Assembly: GCF_009914755.1 (NCBI RefSeq)
Contig: NC_060948.1
Strand: one strand, 5' to 3'
Length of the DNA stretch: 64,000 nt
From: the human T2T-CHM13v2.0 reference genome, Homo sapiens
The translations under genes were made by a program, and so were the position numbers. How positions within the stretch are numbered: position 1 is the stretch's first letter; every line of letters begins with the position of its first letter. Of the stretch, positions 57,746-64,000 are shown piece by piece. The notes beneath the pieces are model-generated. The model saw only the letters and a program-made list of their open reading frames with translations, searched no databases and was not told the origin of the DNA.

Positions 57746-59850
57746 AGATCCATATTTTTTAAATGAAAAAAAATTTCAAAGGTACTCTGCTTGGTACAAT
57801 AATCAAATGTATAAACTGAGGAATAAAACATAACCATGAAACCTACTTATAACTGCATATGGAAAATACAGAGGATAATTTTTTAAATAACATATTTTGA
57901 AAGCCTTAACTAGTAATTTGAAGAGTTGGCATTTGTAAGGCCAGTATGAATATACCTTCAAAGCAGCAACACAGGTACCCCATGAGAAAAAGCAAACTCA
58001 GGGGAAATAAAACCACAAAGGTTCAATCTCTTCTGACCTTTGAAAGACACAGCACAGACAGTGGTCCTTAGGACGAAGAGCAGGAGACCCCTAATTCCGT
58101 CACCATGGCGATAGGGCATAAACATTGCTGGGTGAGGGCACAATCCACATTGTGAGGTCCAACTGCTGCCAGAAAGACAGGAGTGCTTTTACATAGACCG
58201 AAAGGTCATTGAAGGCTCAGAGTTTTGTTTCAAGAACTGAATCCCAAGCCCACAAGTTATTAGGCTGCGCTTCTTAAAACAAGTTATGAGATGGGAAAAA
58301 GGGCACCCACAAACATACGTATACATTATGTATATAATAATATACAGTATCATATATATAATATATATAACCTATGTATAATATTGTTTTACATCCTGCA
58401 TCTTATGTTATATATATTGTATAAAATATAATAATTGATAATATATAAGTTTTATAATTATACAGTAAGACATATAGTATATATTATAATTTATGACATA
58501 TGTAATATATGTTATATGTCATATATAGAATATATTATACGGTTAATATACGTATTAAATATAAATTATACATTATATATATTATATATAATATATCTGT
58601 TATATATAATACCCATTATGCATAATATATATATTATGTCTATGTTATATATAGTATAAAACAACATATAATAATATATAATTGTATATATAAAATGCGA
58701 CATATAATATATATTATATTTTATAACATATGAAATATATATTATATATTATATATAATACGTTGTATGTATAATACCAATATTAAATATATATTATATG
58801 ACTATGTTATTAATTACATGTCACATGTGTTATATATTATATATTTTACATAGAATATACCGGTTACATACAATATATACTATGTTACCTATAATGTATA
58901 ATTTATTACATGTAAAATAAAGAATGGAATATATTATGTATAATTTATAATATACCATATGTGGAATGTGATATATATAACATATAATATATGATATATG
59001 ATATACAGTATATGATATATAACATACAATATATGATTCCTAATATATATGGTATACAATATATATTTTATGATATGTATTCTATATGTTTTATATTCTG
59101 TTATATATAACTATTTGAAATTATATATAACTGTATAATATTTTATGTAAATATGTAATATAATATATATAACTATATAATATATTATATATAACTATAT
59201 ATTATGTTATATATACTTTTATAACATAATTTACATAAAATATCATAATATAATATATATTATATTATTTCATATTACATAATATATATTACATATCACC
59301 CAATATACCTAACATACATAATATTATTATATAGATTATATTGTGTTATATTAAATATCATATATATCATGTATCATATATTCTATAATATATATTACAC
59401 ATTATATAATATGTATGTAGTCTATTATGTGATATATATAACTATATATATAATTATATTTTTATACATATAACTAGATAAACATGTAATTCTACATATT
59501 TTCATTTATAATATGTAGAATTATATAATCATATATAATTATTTATATTCTATAAAAAATTTTATCATTCTATAAATTATAATATATAAAAATTATAATA
59601 TGTACTACAAATATATATATTATATATCATATATGATATAGTACCTTTGTTATATATCATAATACATATAAATGTGTATTATGTTATCTATAATTATATA
59701 ATTTCATATATAAGATGTATAATATGTATCATATATTATATATGTTATGTAATATATATAGTATATATAAGATGACACAGGATAAATATTATATACTATG
59801 ACATATAAAATATATGAGGTTATATGTTACATATAAGGCATAGCACATAA

Positions 59851-60165
<315 letters not shown>

Positions 60166-62269
60166 AGATCCATATTTTTTAAATGAAAAAAAATTTCAAA
60201 GGTACTCTGCTTGGTACAATAATCAAATGTATAAACTGAGGAATAAAACATAACCATGAAACCTACTTATAACTGCATATGGAAAATACAGAGGATAATT
60301 TTTTAAATAACATATTTTGAAAGCCTTAACTAGTAATTTGAAGAGTTGGCATTTGAAAGGCCAGTATGAATATACCTTCAAAGCAGCAACACAGGTTCCC
60401 CGTGAGAAAAAGCAAACTCAGGGAAAATAAAAACACAAAGGTTCAATCTCTTCTGACCTTTGAAAGACACAGCACAGACAGTGGTCCTTAGGACGAAGAG
60501 CAGGAGACCCCTAATTCCGTCACCATGGCGATAGGGCATAAACATTGCTGGGTGAGGGCACAATCCACATTGTGAGGTCCAACTGCTGCCAGGAAGACAG
60601 GAGTGCTTTTACATAGACCGAAAGGTCATTGAAGGCTCAGAGTTTTGTTTCAGGAACTGAATCCCAAGCCCACACGTTATTAGGCTGCGCTTCTTAAAAC
60701 AAGTTATGAGATGGGAAAAAGGGCACCCACAAACATACGTATACATTATGTATATAATAATATACAGTATCATATATATAATATATATAACCTATGTATA
60801 ATATTGTTTTACATCCTGCATCTTATGTTATATATATTGTATAAAGTATAATAATTGATAATATATAATTTTATAATTATACAGTAAGACATATAGTATA
60901 TATTATAATTTATGACATATGTAATATATGTTATATGTCATATATAGAATATATTATACGGTTAATATACGTATTAAATATAAATTATACATTATATATA
61001 TTATATATAATATATCTGTTATATATAATACCCATTATGCATAATATATATATTATGTCTATGTTATATATAGTATAAAACAACATATAATAATATATAA
61101 TTGTATATATAAAATGCGACATATAATATATATTATATTTTATAACATATGAAATATATATTATATATTATATATAATACGTTGTATGTATAATACCAAT
61201 ATTAAATATATATTATATGACTATGTTATTAATTACATGTCACATGTGTTATATATTATATATTTTACATAGAATATACCGGTTACATACAATATATACT
61301 ATGTTACCTATAATGTATAATTTATTACATGTAAAATAAAGAATGGAATATATTATGTATAATTTATAATATACCATATGTGGAATGTGATATATATAAC
61401 ATATAATATATGATATATGATATACAGTATATGATATATAACATACAATATATGATTCCTAATATATATGGTATACAATATATATTTTATGATATGTATT
61501 CTATATGTTTTATATTCTGTTATATATAACTATTTGAAATTATATATAACTGTATAATATTTTATGTAAATATGTAATATAATATATATAACTATATAAT
61601 ATATTATATATAACTATATATTATGTTATATATACTTTTATAACATAATTTACATAAAATATCATAATATAATATATATTATATTATTTCATATTACATA
61701 ATATATATTACATATCACCCAATATACCTAACATACATAATATTATTATATAGATTATATTGTGTTATATTAAATATCATATATATCATGTATCATATAT
61801 TCTATAATATATATTACACATTATATAATATGTATGTAGTCTATTATGTGATATATATAACTATATATATAATTATATTTTTATATATATAACTAGATAA
61901 ACATGTAATTCTACATATTTTCATTTATAATATGTAGAATTATATAATCATATATAATTATTTATATTCTATAAAAAATTTTATCATTCTATAAATTATA
62001 ATATATAAAAATTATAATATGTACTACAAATATATATATTATATATCATATATGATATAGTACCTTTGTTATATATCATAATACATATAAATGTGTATTA
62101 TGTTATCTATAATTATATAATTTCATATATAAGATGTATAATATGTATCATATATTATATATGTTATGTAATATATATAGTATATATAAGATGACACAGG
62201 ATAAATATTATATACTATGACATATAAAATATATGAGGTTATATGTTACATATAAGGCATAGCACATAA

Positions 62270-62584
<315 letters not shown>

Positions 62585-64000
62585 AGATCCATATTTTTTA
62601 AATGAAAAAAAATTTCAAAGGTACTCTGCTTGGTACAATAATCAAATGTATAAACTGAGGAATAAAACATAACCATGAAACCTACTTATAACTGCATATG
62701 GAAAATACAGAGGATAATTTTTTAAATAACATATTTTGAAAGCCTTAACTAGTAATTTGAAGAGTTGGCATTTGAAAGGCCAGTATGAATATACCTTCAA
62801 AGCAGCAACACAGGTTCCCCGTGAGAAAAAGCAAACTCAGGGAAAATAAAAACACAAAGGTTCAATCTCTTCTGACCTTTGAAAGACACAGCACAGACAG
62901 TGGTCCTTAGGACGAAGAGCAGGAGACCCCTAATTCCGTCACCATGGCGATAGGGCATAAACATTGCTGGGTGAGGGCACAATCCACATTGTGAGGTCCA
63001 ACTGCTGCCAGGAAGACAGGAGTGCTTTTACATAGACCGAAAGGTCATTGAAGGCTCAGAGTTTTGTTTCAGGAACTGAATCCCAAGCCCACACGTTATT
63101 AGGCTGCGCTTCTTAAAACAAGTTATGAGATGGGAAAAAGGGCACCCACAAACATACGTATACATTATGTATATAATAATATACAGTATCATATATATAA
63201 TATATATAACCTATGTATAATATTGTTTTACATCCTGCATCTTATGTTATATATATTGTATAAAGTATAATAATTGATAATATATAATTTTATAATTATA
63301 CAGTAAGACATATAGTATATATTATAATTTATGACATATGTAATATATGTTATATGTCATATATAGAATATATTATACGGTTAATATACGTATTAAATAT
63401 AAATTATACATTATATATATTATATATAATATATCTGTTATATATAATACCCATTATGCATAATATATATATTATGTCTATGTTATATATAGTATAAAAC
63501 AACATATAATAATATATAATTGTATATATAAAATGCGACATATAATATATATTATATTTTATAACATATGAAATATATATTATATATTATATATAATACG
63601 TTGTATGTATAATACCAATATTAAATATATATTATATGACTATGTTATTAATTACATGTCACATGTGTTATATATTATATATTTTACATAGAATATACCG
63701 GTTACATACAATATATACTATGTTACCTATAATGTATAATTTATTACATGTAAAATAAAGAATGGAATATATTATGTATAATTTATAATATACCATATGT
63801 GGAATGTGATATATATAACATATAATATATGATATATGATATACAGTATATGATATATAACATACAATATATGATTCCTAATATATATGGTATACAATAT
63901 ATATTTTATGATATGTATTCTATATGTTTTATATTCTGTTATATATAACTATTTGAAATTATATATAACTGTATAATATTTTATGTAAATATGTAATATA

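Overview
This window is human satellite DNA matching Yq12 heterochromatin, spanning one DYZ1/DYZ2 block boundary. Bases 1-8350 are about 2.35 copies of the ~3.55-kb DYZ1 (HSat3) higher-order repeat, built of degenerate GGAAT pentamers (periods 3543 and 3549 bp; one EcoRI and one HaeIII site seen per unit). From 8351 to the end is a head-to-tail array of the ~2.42-kb DYZ2 (HSat1B) composite repeat: a ~1.56-kb AT-rich spacer, a diverged minus-strand Alu (~290 bp) and an HSATI segment (~570 bp). There are 23 Alu/HSATI cores, all in one orientation. I see no credible protein-coding gene, RNA gene, CRISPR array or foreign insertion: unit spacings of 2406-2420 bp leave no room for one, and all ORFs are repeat artefacts. 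I found no new biological system. What merits a second look is array evolution: a microhomology junction with an adjacent ~768-bp deletion, divergence at array edges, two DYZ2 sub-lineages separated by a diverged zone, nested duplications, and an Alu with a fixed 16-bp internal duplication. All variant comparisons were made by eye and need alignment to confirm.
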